Below, piece after piece: positions 35,512 to 45,579 of a stretch of 64,000 nucleotides of DNA. How positions within the stretch are numbered: position 1 is the stretch's first letter; each line of letters opens with the position of its first letter. The notes beneath the pieces were generated by a model. That model made no database searches, was not told the origin of the DNA, and saw only the letters and a program-made list of their open reading frames with translations. The position numbers and the translations under genes were made by a program. This DNA is from a virus: positions 1-64,000 of IMG/VR virus record IMGVR_UViG_3300032265_001591. One strand, 5' to 3'.

Positions 35512-35682
35512 ATGAGCAAATCATATAAAGAACAACGGCGTGATCGTGAGTATGATCCTCTCGAACGTGCTTCTAAACAGAAAAAAATGCCAAAAATTAA
35601 GCAAAGAAAAGAAAAATTATTTAATAATGCTTTGAGATCAACAAATTTACCAGAATTAATTAAGTATTCTGAGGAAGAATAA
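35512..35682 (+). CDS. Hypothetical 56-aa protein (not in ORF track)
   Basis: Fills the gap between neighbours, TAATG-coupled to next gene. Confidence 0.6.
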   Translation: MSKSYKEQRRDREYDPLERASKQKKMPKIKQRKEKLFNNALRSTNLPELIKYSEEE

Positions 35683-35918
35683 TGCCAACCTATACATTTC
35701 GTAATAGTGAGACTGAAGAATTGTTTGAACAATTTTTTAGTTCGTATGCAAAAAAGGATGAGTTTCTTGTGCAAAATCCACAACTACAACAAGTACTCCA
35801 GCCGGTTGCATTTGGAGATTCAATACGGATGGGGCTGAGGAAACCCGATGATGCGTTCAGAGATAAACTCAAAGACATTAAACGAGCACATAGACATAGC
35901 ACAGTCAACACATTCTAA
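35682..35918 (+). CDS. FmdB-like small protein
   Basis: MPTYTF start, usual neighbour of phoH in T4-like phages. Confidence 0.7.
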   Translation: MPTYTFRNSETEELFEQFFSSYAKKDEFLVQNPQLQQVLQPVAFGDSIRMGLRKPDDAFRDKLKDIKRAHRHSTVNTF

Positions 35919-36645
35919 TAAATCTGAAAAGAAAAAAAAGAAAAATCAATACACAAAAGATAATTCATCTTTAACTGTTCAAAAGCAAAGCTTATCTCTT
36001 AAACAAATTAAACCAATTACTGAGAATCAAAATATTGCTTTTTCAGATTGGAAAGAAGGTCAAAATTTACTTCTACATGGATTAGCCGGAACCGGTAAAT
36101 CGTATATTTCCTTATATCTTGCCTTAAAAGAACTATTCACCCAAGGTTCATATTATAAACATATTTTAATTGTCAGAAGTGTAGTACCTACTCGCGACAT
36201 GGGGTTTTTGCCTGGGTCTGTAAAAGATAAATCAAAAGTATATGAAGCCCCTTATCAAGGAATATGTACTGATTTATTCGGTCGCGCAGATGCTTATGAA
36301 TTATTAAAAACTAAACATATAATAGACTTTACCACAACATCATTTATTCGTGGAAATACTTTTCATGATACTATCGTAATTGTAGATGAAGTTAACAACT
36401 TAACATTTCATGAACTTGATTCTGTCATTACACGATTAGGTGATAATTGTAGAATAATGTTATGTGGTGACTATAGACAATCAGATCTAATCTATCAAAA
36501 TGATAGAAATGGATTAATTACATTTATAGAAGTAATTCGTAAATTGAAAGGATTTTCACATATAGAATTTGGAATAGATGATATTGTTAGATCTGGTTTA
36601 GTTAAATCATATATAATTGCAAAACATGAACTTGGAATAACCTAA
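35848..36645 (+). CDS. phoH: PhoH-like ATPase (start uncertain)
   Basis: GLAGTGKS, GFLPG, FIRG.T, DEVNN, GDYRQSD, DIVRS. Confidence 0.92.
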   Translation: MMRSEINSKTLNEHIDIAQSTHSNKSEKKKKKNQYTKDNSSLTVQKQSLSLKQIKPITENQNIAFSDWKEGQNLLLHGLAGTGKSYISLYLALKELFTQGSYYKHILIVRSVVPTRDMGFLPGSVKDKSKVYEAPYQGICTDLFGRADAYELLKTKHIIDFTTTSFIRGNTFHDTIVIVDEVNNLTFHELDSVITRLGDNCRIMLCGDYRQSDLIYQNDRNGLITFIEVIRKLKGFSHIEFGIDDIVRSGLVKSYIIAKHELGIT

Positions 36646-36655
36646 GGACTTTGAC

Positions 36656-37336
36656 TTGTTTAATAATATTCAAATTGAAAGAAAAACTTTCATTCGAGAA
36701 GACATTCAATTTACTGAATTAGAATCTTTTAATGAAGACGGCAAAAGATTTTACAAGACACCAACTGGTGAAAACTACCCATCAGTAACAACTGTATTGG
36801 GTAGTAGTCTTGATAAACGTAAATTGTTTGAATGGAGAAAGCGTGTAGGTGAAGCTGAAGCTCAAAAAATATCTACACGAGCTGCAAACAGAGGAACTCT
36901 ACTGCATTCAATGTGCGAAAAGTATATGTTAAATGATGAAACATTTTGTCAAAAGCAAATGCCATTGACTATTGACCTATTTAAGTCTATTCAAAAATAC
37001 ATTGATGCAGTAGAGGTTGTTTATGGGAACGAAATTCCTCTATATTCTCATGATCTAAAGACTGCAGGAAGATCTGATGTCTTTTGTCGGATTGGTGGAA
37101 AGAATGCAATTCTTGACTTCAAGACATCAAGTCGATTAAAGACCGAAGAAGATATCGAGAGTTATTTCTTGCAATGCACCACGTACTCTCTGATGATTCG
37201 AGAGTTAAAGCAAATCGAAGTTCCAAGGATTGTTATTCTTATTGCAGTAGAAAGTGAAAAGCCACAATACTTTATTAAGTCTACGTCTGATTATGAAGAA
37301 AAAGTGAGAAGCATATTCTATAACTATCATAGGTAG
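36656..37336 (+). CDS. PD-(D/E)XK exonuclease
   Basis: YPSVTTVL, RGT..H, AGR.D, DFKTS, Y.LQ...Y. Confidence 0.85.
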   Translation: MFNNIQIERKTFIREDIQFTELESFNEDGKRFYKTPTGENYPSVTTVLGSSLDKRKLFEWRKRVGEAEAQKISTRAANRGTLLHSMCEKYMLNDETFCQKQMPLTIDLFKSIQKYIDAVEVVYGNEIPLYSHDLKTAGRSDVFCRIGGKNAILDFKTSSRLKTEEDIESYFLQCTTYSLMIRELKQIEVPRIVILIAVESEKPQYFIKSTSDYEEKVRSIFYNYHR

Positions 37337-37341
37337 CAACT

Positions 37342-37788
37342 ATGAATATACGTATCTATAAGTGCCCAGATCAAGAATTAAAGAAGCAAATTAAAGATTT
37401 ATGTATTCTAACTTTAGAAACATTAGTTACAAGCAAAAGAGTGCTTGACAATACATCAATTTCAATAAGACTTGATGATGAATTCTTATCTGATAAGAAT
37501 GCTTGGGGAATGTGCTGGTGGAATGATAAGAATGTTAATCCAAGAAAATTTTCAATAATTTTAAGTGAAAATCTTTGTCCAAGAGCATTCAAAAAAACAC
37601 TCATACATGAATTAATACATATAAAACAATACTTATTAAATGAAATGAAAGATTTTTCATCTGGTCAAGTGAAATGGAAATCAAAAATCTTTGAAGAATC
37701 AGAAGATATTAAAGTAATTTTGAAATTTCCTTGGGAAAAAGAAGCATACAAATTAAGTGAAAAATTGTACATTAAGCTATGTACCTAA
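37342..37788 (+). CDS. Zinc metallopeptidase-like protein
   Basis: HELIH.KQ, PWE.EAY. Confidence 0.75.
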   Translation: MNIRIYKCPDQELKKQIKDLCILTLETLVTSKRVLDNTSISIRLDDEFLSDKNAWGMCWWNDKNVNPRKFSIILSENLCPRAFKKTLIHELIHIKQYLLNEMKDFSSGQVKWKSKIFEESEDIKVILKFPWEKEAYKLSEKLYIKLCT

Positions 37789-37808
37789 TTTAAAAGATAA
37801 TATATAAT
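37780..37808 (+). promoter_or_regulatory. Promoter for tRNA-Thr
   Basis: TGTACC-17 nt-TATAAT. Confidence 0.6.
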
Positions 37809-37818
37809 ACTACAATAC

Positions 37819-37894
37819 GCTGGCGTAGCTCAGCAGGCAGAGCAGGGGTTTTGTAAACCTCAGGTCGGGAGTTCGATTCTCTCCGCCAGCACCA
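37819..37894 (+). tRNA. tRNA-Thr(UGU)
   Basis: GCTGGCG/CGCCAGC acceptor stem, TGT anticodon, ACCA end. Confidence 0.93.
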
Positions 37895-37910
37895 TTTACC
37901 CAAGATATAT

Positions 37911-38141
37911 ATGAATATACTTCAACTAGATCCACTTATTCCTTTAGATACTCCAAAAGGAAAAGGATGGGCCCATTTTATTATAGATAGATCTCAAGAA
38001 CACCATCTTGAATGGGTAGTCTTTATAGATAAAACTGGAGAATGTTGGACATTTCAAAATACTGAAGTACGAATCCAACATAACTTTACTATGAATAGAG
38101 TATACACTACGTCTAAATCTGCAGGCGTTAATCATGATTAA
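37911..38141 (+). CDS. Hypothetical protein
   Basis: QL.P.IP..TPKG.G.A...GECWT. Confidence 0.7.
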   Translation: MNILQLDPLIPLDTPKGKGWAHFIIDRSQEHHLEWVVFIDKTGECWTFQNTEVRIQHNFTMNRVYTTSKSAGVNHD

Positions 38142-38195
38142 GCGATTCTTTTAACAGGACAATATTGTCCTCTCCCTTAAATAAGGAGAACACAT

Positions 38196-38699
38196 ATGTT
38201 CACAGAAATAATTATGTGCATGATTCTAACATGCGCCTCACCTCAACCAGTTATGCCAAATGTAGATGCACTTCAGTCACAAAAAGTAGGGTATAAACCA
38301 TATACTCAAGTTTTAAACGAAAAAGATGTAAAATGTTTAACGGATAACATCTACTTCGAAGCAAGAAATGAAAAAGATATAGGTAAAAAAGCTGTTGCAC
38401 TAGTCACATTAAACAGACTAAAAGAAGATGATTATCCAAATACAATATGTAAAATTGTTCATCAGAGAGATGGTGGCAACTGCCAGTTTTCTTGGACTTG
38501 TTCTAAAGTAAGAATAACCGATCTTTATACTTATAAGAAATGTCGTTCAATTGCTAAAGATGTTTTAATGAATTATGAAGTAATGCGTGACGTAACTAAA
38601 GGCGCAACAAACTTTCATCGAAGAGATATTCGTCCAACCTGGGCTAAACGTACTAAACGTACAATAATCATTGGGAAACATATATTTTACAAACTATGA
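38196..38699 (+). CDS. Cell wall hydrolase (SleB/Hydrolase_2)
   Basis: CL..NIYFEAR.E, V..VTLNR, CQFSW, IG.HIFY. Confidence 0.9.
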   Translation: MFTEIIMCMILTCASPQPVMPNVDALQSQKVGYKPYTQVLNEKDVKCLTDNIYFEARNEKDIGKKAVALVTLNRLKEDDYPNTICKIVHQRDGGNCQFSWTCSKVRITDLYTYKKCRSIAKDVLMNYEVMRDVTKGATNFHRRDIRPTWAKRTKRTIIIGKHIFYKL

Positions 38700-38938
38700 A
38701 TACACTAAAAGTAAATTTAGTTAAACCTATTCACGAATTCATTAAAGAGATAGATGATCTAGTAAAGAAATCAAAGATTGATTATATTGATGCAGTCATC
38801 TCCTATTGTGAAAAGAATGGTATTGAAATTGAAACAGCAGCATCATTAATTAAAAGCTCAAGTAAGATCAAGGCTAAAATTCAAAATGAAGCGGAAGAAA
38901 TGAACTATCTTCCACGAAGTGCAAAGTTGCCTATCTAA
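38696..38938 (+). CDS. 33: Late transcription coactivator gp33
   Basis: YIDAV..YCE.N.IE.E...K.KIQ.EA...N.L; synteny 33-59-32. Confidence 0.85.
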   Translation: MNTLKVNLVKPIHEFIKEIDDLVKKSKIDYIDAVISYCEKNGIEIETAASLIKSSSKIKAKIQNEAEEMNYLPRSAKLPI

Positions 38939-39510
38939 TGGACGCTTTTACTGCTTTTCAAAAATACCTTGCATTGAAGCAACACTTCAATAAAGATGGA
39001 TATGATTATTTTAAGTATGGTGGAAAAATAACTGCAAAGATCTCTTCTTTTGAAATGCGCAAGGACAAGTATATGTTCCATAAGCTTTCAAAGAAGAAAG
39101 ATCTTGAAGGATTTATTCTTTCTAATATGCTTGAGAATGAAAATATCTGGGTAAGAGATATGTTGACTTCTGAGTCAGATCAGATCTTTACTGAATGGCT
39201 TAAACGTCAACAATCTATCTCTTACATATTTGAATCAGACATCGCTAAACTAAACGATGATTTGAATGAGAACCTTATCATTAAAGACAATGAGTATCCC
39301 TACTTACTCAAACTCTTTATGCGTAAGGAGATCTGTATCGAGACTCTTATCATTTGCAATGATGTTTTAAACTTCTTTGGTCATTGGAACAAGCACATCA
39401 CAGACCCAGTAATCTGGCCTGGTGCTTATAAAAAGTGTATGAAGTATAAGCCATTCATTAAGTATGATAGGGACCGATGTAAGCAAATCTTGAAGCAAAG
39501 ATTTGTGTAA
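38938..39510 (+). CDS. 59: Helicase loader gp59
   Basis: YLALK.HF...YDYFKY.GK; synteny. Confidence 0.9.
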   Translation: MDAFTAFQKYLALKQHFNKDGYDYFKYGGKITAKISSFEMRKDKYMFHKLSKKKDLEGFILSNMLENENIWVRDMLTSESDQIFTEWLKRQQSISYIFESDIAKLNDDLNENLIIKDNEYPYLLKLFMRKEICIETLIICNDVLNFFGHWNKHITDPVIWPGAYKKCMKYKPFIKYDRDRCKQILKQRFV

Positions 39511-39601
39511 CTATTATTCTTTATGTGGTAGAATAAATAGGTCTATACTATGTTTATGTGGACACACTGTAAAAATATATTGTTAATACGGAGAAATACA
39601 T

Positions 39602-40498
39602 ATGACTACTTCTTTTGCACAACTTAAAAACAATCGTCAGTCACAGTTTGAAAAGCTTGCCAATGACCTAAACAAGCAAGGCAACTTTGAATCCAAGGAA
39701 GACAATCGGTTCTGGAAACCTGATGTCGACAAGGCTGGCAATGGTTATGCGGTTATTCGATTCCTTCCTGCACCTAAGGGTGAAGATACTCCCTTTGTTC
39801 GTATCTGGGATCATGGATTCCAAGGTCCAGGCGGATGGTATATTGAAAAGTCTTTGACGACTCTAGGTCAAAAGGATCCAATTTCAGAGTATAACACTCA
39901 ACTTTGGAATACTGGTGTTGATGAGAACAAAGAAATTGTTCGTAAACAGAAGCGTCGTCTTCACTACATCAGCAACATCCTTGTGGTTAAGGACCCAGCT
40001 CATCCAGAAAATGAAGGTAAGGTCTTTCTATATCAATATGGAAAGAAGATCTTTGACAAACTCAACGATCTAATGAGCCCTCAGTTCCAGGATGAAGAAC
40101 CAATCAACCCATTTGATATGTGGGAAGGCGCCAACTTCAAGCTTAAGATTCGTCAGGTTGAAGGCTATCGTAATTACGACAAGTCTGAATTTGATAATCG
40201 TGCACCTATCACGGGTGATGATGATGAACTTGAAGCCCTATGGCACAAGGAACATTCTTTACAGGCTTTCCTCCAGCCCTCTAACTTTAAGTCCTATGAT
40301 GAACTAAAGGCTCGTCTGCATAAGGTTCTTGGTTGGAACAACAATGCTTTTGAAGAACGTCCTCAGATGTCTGCCAGTGCAGAGAGCATGAAGTTTGAAG
40401 AGCCCAAGAGCCATAAGGCAACTCCTTTCAGTGAAAATATCTCTGAGGAAGATGACGATGGTTTGGACTTCTTTAAGAAACTTGCTGAAGAAGACTAA
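39602..40498 (+). CDS. 32: Single-stranded DNA binding protein gp32
   Basis: DKAGNGYAVIRFLP, GKKIFDK, NYDKSEF, acidic tail. Confidence 0.95.
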   Translation: MTTSFAQLKNNRQSQFEKLANDLNKQGNFESKEDNRFWKPDVDKAGNGYAVIRFLPAPKGEDTPFVRIWDHGFQGPGGWYIEKSLTTLGQKDPISEYNTQLWNTGVDENKEIVRKQKRRLHYISNILVVKDPAHPENEGKVFLYQYGKKIFDKLNDLMSPQFQDEEPINPFDMWEGANFKLKIRQVEGYRNYDKSEFDNRAPITGDDDELEALWHKEHSLQAFLQPSNFKSYDELKARLHKVLGWNNNAFEERPQMSASAESMKFEEPKSHKATPFSENISEEDDDGLDFFKKLAEED

Positions 40499-40516
40499 GA
40501 CTTAATAGTCGAATGT

Positions 40517-40542
40517 AATAAGGGGACTTCGGTCCCCTTATT
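40517..40542. terminator. Bidirectional terminator between convergent genes
   Basis: AATAAGGGGAC-TTCG-GTCCCCTTATT with cUUCGg tetraloop. Confidence 0.85.
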
Positions 40543-40543
40543 C

Positions 40544-41692
40544 TTATGCAAGACTTCTATATTGACGTTTTAATTCATCTGGAGATGGTAAAGAATCTGA
40601 CACAGTTGTATCAGAACCTGACACAGTTTGTTGAGCTATTTGTGTTACAATAGTTTCACGTGTAATGTTATTTGTTACAGTTTTTACATTTGGCTTTTGT
40701 TTAGATTCGGCTATTTGCTTAACGTTATTATTATTGATTGGTGATTCGCGTATAGGCTCAACTTTTGCTTGAGGATTTTCTATTTCTGAAGCTTTAGCAG
40801 TTTGTGTTTGCTGTTGCACTTTGAGAGCATCAGTATAAGCTTGTCTAAAGCCCTCATTGGTTTGGTTTGTTTCAATTCCACCAGTTAAAGAAGTCCATTG
40901 ATTTTTTAAAGACTCTTGTATCTTGGCAAATGTGTTTGCATCAGCTGTTTCCAAATCTTCTTGCAAATTTTGACCAGTATCTTTTAAATACTCTTCTTGA
41001 GCTAAATACCATGCGGCTTTATCTTGATTTTCAGGAGAAAAATCGGTTAAATCAGGATGTTTTTTAACTAATCCTTCCCAAGTAGTCTTTGTAAATTGGT
41101 ATCTTCCAGCAGCAGTACTAGGTCCATTATTAGTTCGCATCCCAATAATTCCAGGATGTTTACTAAAATCACTGAATGTGGCTGGAGCTCTTTCATAGCC
41201 TTTTTTTCTATTTGCTGCTTTATCTTCCTCAGTTAATCCTTGTTCTGATCCCATACCTACTATAACATCATATCTTCCTTGCGATTCTTTCACAGAAATT
41301 GCATCTAATAATGATTTACCTTCAATAGTAACTTCTTTAGATATAGCTATTTGAGTTAATTCTTTGTTATCATTACGTTTTAAATCACGATTGGTGCTTG
41401 CTTCAGTATTTCCAGAAAATAAACTACCACCAATTCCTGCAGCAGCAAGACCACCACCCAACAATAACTTACTTAATAATGAGGATTCTTCTTTTTCAAC
41501 ACTAGTTTTTTCTGCTATTGCTTGTGGTCTTTGCTTTCTTTCTTCAAGAATAGCTTCATATTCTTGTTCTCTTTGAATACTTTTTATATTAATAAGCTTA
41601 GTCTTAACAGAATCCAATAAATCTTTTGTAAGATATTGAAGACGACTAAGTTCTGTCTCCAGAGTGTCAATTAAACTTTGTGATATGTTCAT
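40544..41692 (-). CDS. Tail-associated protein with lambda-type lysozyme domain
   Basis: ES.GRYD, STAAGRYQF...TW, DFSPENQD..AW. Confidence 0.8.
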   Translation of the reverse strand: MNISQSLIDTLETELSRLQYLTKDLLDSVKTKLINIKSIQREQEYEAILEERKQRPQAIAEKTSVEKEESSLLSKLLLGGGLAAAGIGGSLFSGNTEASTNRDLKRNDNKELTQIAISKEVTIEGKSLLDAISVKESQGRYDVIVGMGSEQGLTEEDKAANRKKGYERAPATFSDFSKHPGIIGMRTNNGPSTAAGRYQFTKTTWEGLVKKHPDLTDFSPENQDKAAWYLAQEEYLKDTGQNLQEDLETADANTFAKIQESLKNQWTSLTGGIETNQTNEGFRQAYTDALKVQQQTQTAKASEIENPQAKVEPIRESPINNNNVKQIAESKQKPNVKTVTNNITRETIVTQIAQQTVSGSDTTVSDSLPSPDELKRQYRSLA

Positions 41693-42936
41693 TAAAATTT
41701 ACAATCTAAAGTTTCTGGTAATGATCTATCACAACTTGGAACATCACTTACACTCGGTGAAGAAGTTTGTGATTGCGGTGTGGAGGGTGCAGGTTGACTA
41801 ACTTGTTGTGGTGGTAAATTGATATTATTTACTTCAGGTTTATTGTTGTTTGAAGTTTCTGCACTTTCTTGATTTAATCTTTTACCAACATTACTGTTAT
41901 CAAATAAGCTTTCAACAGCATACTCTCCTGCAGCATATCCACCTACGCCTCCAGCAAATGAACCAACCGGACCAGCCGCAGCAGTCCCAACTAAACCACC
42001 AACTGTTCCAAGTGCAAGACCGCCTGCCATACTTGCTGCTACTCTGAATGGGCTCTCACCTTTATCTAAACGAGTATAAGCTTCAATTGGAAGTAAGAAA
42101 GGAGCAACTTTGCTTGCTGCTTTTCCTATAAATCCTAATCCTTTTGAAACTATTCCACTTCCTGGGATTTTTTGAACTGCACTGCCTACTTTTTGTACAT
42201 ATTTTGGTGATTGAACATTAGGCATTGGAAGTTTTTCTAAAGTTTTTCCTGCTACAGCAGCTGTTGCGGCGCCACCTAATTTCTCTGTTGTACTTACATT
42301 TGGATTAGTGGTTGATGGCGATTCTAAAGGTTCAGTTGGTGGTATATTAGTTGAAGTCTCAGCCGGCGTCTCTGGTGAACCTGGAGGGCTTCCTGCCATA
42401 TTTGTAGGCGGAGTTTGTGGTGTAGTTGATTCAGGTGGAGGAGTCTCTTCTTTTTTTCCTCCACCAAATACATTACTTAATAAACTTGCGCCGCCAACTC
42501 CTGCAGCAATAGATCCTAATAAACCTAATCCGCCCGTAGAATCTGTTTGATTAGTGCTTGATATTTTTTCAATAGGATTAGTTGCTGATCTAGATTGTGC
42601 CGTCTTAGTTGGAAACAGAGTATCAATTACATCTGTAATGACCGAAGAAAGATTCTCTATATTTGTATTAACTGCATCTAGCGTTGATGACATCAGCTCA
42701 AAGAAACTTGAATAGTCAGTGTTATCTACAGCATTTGAATTCTGTTGTGGTAGCGCTATATCATCACTATTTAAAGGTTGAACTGCTTCAACAGGAACAG
42801 CAGCGGTTTGACCCTGAGATCCCTGAGCTTGTATTTGAGATAACGTTTTAGTTTCATTTACATTATCAGAAATAGCACTTCCTACTATCCCTGAATTGTA
42901 TACTGATTGTTGAACTTGCTGTTGTGTTTCGTTCAT
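41692..42936 (-). CDS. Tape-measure-like/hub protein
   Basis: Low complexity, Gly/Ala-rich hydrophobic stretch; position after gp26/gp51. Confidence 0.5.
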   Translation of the reverse strand: MNETQQQVQQSVYNSGIVGSAISDNVNETKTLSQIQAQGSQGQTAAVPVEAVQPLNSDDIALPQQNSNAVDNTDYSSFFELMSSTLDAVNTNIENLSSVITDVIDTLFPTKTAQSRSATNPIEKISSTNQTDSTGGLGLLGSIAAGVGGASLLSNVFGGGKKEETPPPESTTPQTPPTNMAGSPPGSPETPAETSTNIPPTEPLESPSTTNPNVSTTEKLGGAATAAVAGKTLEKLPMPNVQSPKYVQKVGSAVQKIPGSGIVSKGLGFIGKAASKVAPFLLPIEAYTRLDKGESPFRVAASMAGGLALGTVGGLVGTAAAGPVGSFAGGVGGYAAGEYAVESLFDNSNVGKRLNQESAETSNNNKPEVNNINLPPQQVSQPAPSTPQSQTSSPSVSDVPSCDRSLPETLDCKF

Positions 42937-43211
42937 TGCTTAGTAGCCCAAGTAGTAAATCCCATGTAAGCACCTACTACTGACGCCATAGCTAAATAGA
43001 AAGCACTAAATACGCCATCTAAAACTTTGATTCTTTCATTATCAATATAAGGAGTGAGTAAAATAGCAGTAAAAGAAACCATAGCGCCCATAGCCAACCA
43101 CGCCATTCGACGTCTATTTTTAAATCTAGTTTCAGCTACGCTGATTTCTTTATTACTCACTTTTCCATCCCCATCAAGATCAATCTTTTCTTCTAAGACT
43201 TCACTCGACAT
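42933..43211 (-). CDS. Two-TM membrane protein with EF-hand-like loop
   Basis: DLDGDGKVSNKE, RRRMAW, two hydrophobic helices. Confidence 0.7.
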   Translation of the reverse strand: MSSEVLEEKIDLDGDGKVSNKEISVAETRFKNRRRMAWLAMGAMVSFTAILLTPYIDNERIKVLDGVFSAFYLAMASVVGAYMGFTTWATKQ

Positions 43212-43221
43212 TTATTGCCCT

Positions 43222-43401
43222 CTATTGATTATTGAGTCTTTCTTTTTCTTTTTGTAAAAAGTCTAATAACATATCAACATAAATGTCTCTTTCAAATGGA
43301 ATCAAGTTTTCAATCTCTGATATAGAATATTTGTGGTGCTGAGCCAAAGCGAATATTAACGTAAAGTAATTATTCAGCGTGGTATGACTCAGCGCTACAT
43401 A
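43222..43401 (-). CDS. gp51-like baseplate hub assembly frame (no usable ATG; probably reached by -1 frameshift)
   Basis: 59 codons: ...NYF...FALAQHHKYSISEIENLIPFERDIYV.ML; absent from ORF track. Confidence 0.8.
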   Translation of the reverse strand, partial: YVALSHTTLNNYFTLIFALAQHHKYSISEIENLIPFERDIYVDMLLDFLQKEKERLNNQ

Positions 43402-44090
43402 AAAAAATCTTTGATTCCTTGTATTTCTATTACTCTAGGAGTTCCATTAGAATTGACATATTCAAGCCTATGTAGTAATTTAGGCATTGTATTGAAGAAA
43501 TGCTGTATCTTCTCAAAAGTAGGAACATCTAAGTTATCAATGAAATTTTTAGCTTCTTCAAATGAGTACTCATTCATCTTGAATATTTCATTATCATTAT
43601 ATACTTTATCAATACAATTTACAATCATCTTATAAAATACATCATCCTGTGAAACCATTTTAATTTGATCAGGAAGATCAATCCCAGGATACTTCATTAG
43701 AATTGTATATTGATCATTGATTTTAATCTTATTCGTATGATTTAAATCATAGATAATGTCAACGTTATCTAGATCAACTTCAAAAGTATAGACCTTATCA
43801 TCTTCTTTGTCTCTGTACTTGAGTTCAACTAGGTTATTGACAGACCTAGCTCTTAACTTTAAAAAGATATATTCCAAATCAAAACTGGCAAGTGATGAAA
43901 TGTTTAGGTCTTCCAAGCAACAGTTGTTAATGATCTGTGTAATTGCATCTAAAAGATCACTATCATTTCCTTGTTGTGCAAGCAAAAGTATCTTTTCTTC
44001 TTTTACAAGAAATGGACGAAACTTCTTTGTCTTTTTAATAGATGGTATTTCGATATTAAAAATCGGTGTTTGAATCTTAGGTAATTGCAT
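43395..44090 (-). CDS. 26: Baseplate hub assembly protein gp26-like
   Basis: LPKI.TP, FRPFLVKEEK.LL.A, FDLEYIFL.LRARSV, FF.TMPKL. Confidence 0.9.
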   Translation of the reverse strand: MQLPKIQTPIFNIEIPSIKKTKKFRPFLVKEEKILLLAQQGNDSDLLDAITQIINNCCLEDLNISSLASFDLEYIFLKLRARSVNNLVELKYRDKEDDKVYTFEVDLDNVDIIYDLNHTNKIKINDQYTILMKYPGIDLPDQIKMVSQDDVFYKMIVNCIDKVYNDNEIFKMNEYSFEEAKNFIDNLDVPTFEKIQHFFNTMPKLLHRLEYVNSNGTPRVIEIQGIKDFFM

Positions 44091-44103
44091 ATCTCACTCC
44101 AAA

Positions 44104-45084
44104 TTAAAAAATACTTCTGGAATTACGTCCAATAATATTTACGTTATTATATGTTTGAATTATGTCGGCTATGCTATTAGGAACACCAATAGCTGAAAAG
44201 GTAGAATAAATTGAACCAAGTTTTAAAAGGCTTTGTATGAACTTTAATCCTGGAAGTTGTGCTTTAATCATGTTTGCTGTGTCAAATCTTTCTGATTTCC
44301 AGTTCAAAAACGAAAATTGAGATATGACTGACATTAAACTGTTTTGACTCTCTGCGGCCCAAGATAATTCTGCATCACGTAAAGCTACTGGAAAAGCTTT
44401 ATATAATGTATACTTGTCAATAGTGCCACCGGCTGTATTATATGTTTCAATTACTACTTCGGTTTGAAATTCTTTCTTATAAGCAACTTCACCCGGTTCC
44501 CATAAATACGCCCCATCTACTGATTGCTGAGGTGCGGATAAATCATGCGCATTTGAAAATGCTACAATTTTATTCATCCATGTCTCAAAGAAATTTAATA
44601 CATGCCCTTGACCATCACCTATGAATCGTAAAAAGATTTCATTAAAAGCAGCACCATATGGAACTTGTTCTTGAAATCCTACACCAAATCTTTTATAATC
44701 ATTTGTAGTAAAAAGACCAACGCCAGGTAATGTTGCATCGTGGCATAATAATACTAAATCTTGTTCTTTAAATCGTGAGTCACTTATAAATCTATTGCTA
44801 TTCTTTATAGTTACGGTGAATAAGTTTGTCTTTTGAACATTAACCTTTGAAAGAGTTTCTTTTAATTTGCTTATTCTAAATTTGTTTGGATCTACTGGAT
44901 CATATGGAGGAGGCGTTGGCGTTGCTCCTCTTTCAAATACAGGTTTTGAATAAGTTGATCTAAATTGCTCAGTGGTTATTTCGCCAGTTCCTGTTTTTGC
45001 ATCTTCAAAATATAATGCACGTAATTGATCTTCTCTTACGGCTTTTTGAGTAGTTGCATCTAAAATTTCATTACCTGTTGCCAT
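44104..45084 (-). CDS. Tail tube initiator gp54-like / tube-fold protein
   Basis: LC....LPG, FFE.WM..I, L..AFP......L.W pattern. Confidence 0.65.
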   Translation of the reverse strand: MATGNEILDATTQKAVREDQLRALYFEDAKTGTGEITTEQFRSTYSKPVFERGATPTPPPYDPVDPNKFRISKLKETLSKVNVQKTNLFTVTIKNSNRFISDSRFKEQDLVLLCHDATLPGVGLFTTNDYKRFGVGFQEQVPYGAAFNEIFLRFIGDGQGHVLNFFETWMNKIVAFSNAHDLSAPQQSVDGAYLWEPGEVAYKKEFQTEVVIETYNTAGGTIDKYTLYKAFPVALRDAELSWAAESQNSLMSVISQFSFLNWKSERFDTANMIKAQLPGLKFIQSLLKLGSIYSTFSAIGVPNSIADIIQTYNNVNIIGRNSRSIF

Positions 45085-45579
45085 TTATCGTATTCCTAAT
45101 TTCTTTTTGCTTTCGGCCCAGACTGCTGTTTTGTTGGACTTTCTAAATGCTTCTATTGGTAGCAATATAGCTTTTTCCCATTCATCAGGATTGATGTACA
45201 TCATCTTTGATGCTACATGACCAAATAAGTAATGTTTTATGCACGGCTCAAAGAAACTAGCAGACATTATATTTATGGCTCGTGTAGTATTGTCTTTCTT
45301 ATTATTATTTAAAGACAAACTGTTAATTAAACCAGATCTTAAAGCATATGGTAAATAGTGTAAGTTTAATCCATAGAATCCAGTTGTTTCAATTCTAAAC
45401 GGAAACACCAATGGCAAAGTATCATAGTACTTAAGAGTAGCGGCGTGCTTTGGATTATAGCCAAATAAAAACATTTGGCCTACTCCATTTCTAATATTAC
45501 CCTGCTTCATGCTTCCAGGAGCAGAGATGCTTTTCAATTCTTCTACTTTATCTTTAAACCAATCAAGAGGAGTTGCCAT
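45085..45579 (-). CDS. 2: DNA end protector protein gp2
   Basis: Y.PKH...L.YYD..PLVFP, GLNLHYLP. Confidence 0.88.
   Translation of the reverse strand: MATPLDWFKDKVEELKSISAPGSMKQGNIRNGVGQMFLFGYNPKHAATLKYYDTLPLVFPFRIETTGFYGLNLHYLPYALRSGLINSLSLNNNKKDNTTRAINIMSASFFEPCIKHYLFGHVASKMMYINPDEWEKAILLPIEAFRKSNKTAVWAESKKKLGIR

Noticed and set aside
36656-37336. Exonuclease as evidence of a CRISPR-Cas (Cas4) system
   Set aside because: Routine T4-like PD-(D/E)XK nuclease beside phoH; no array or other cas genes
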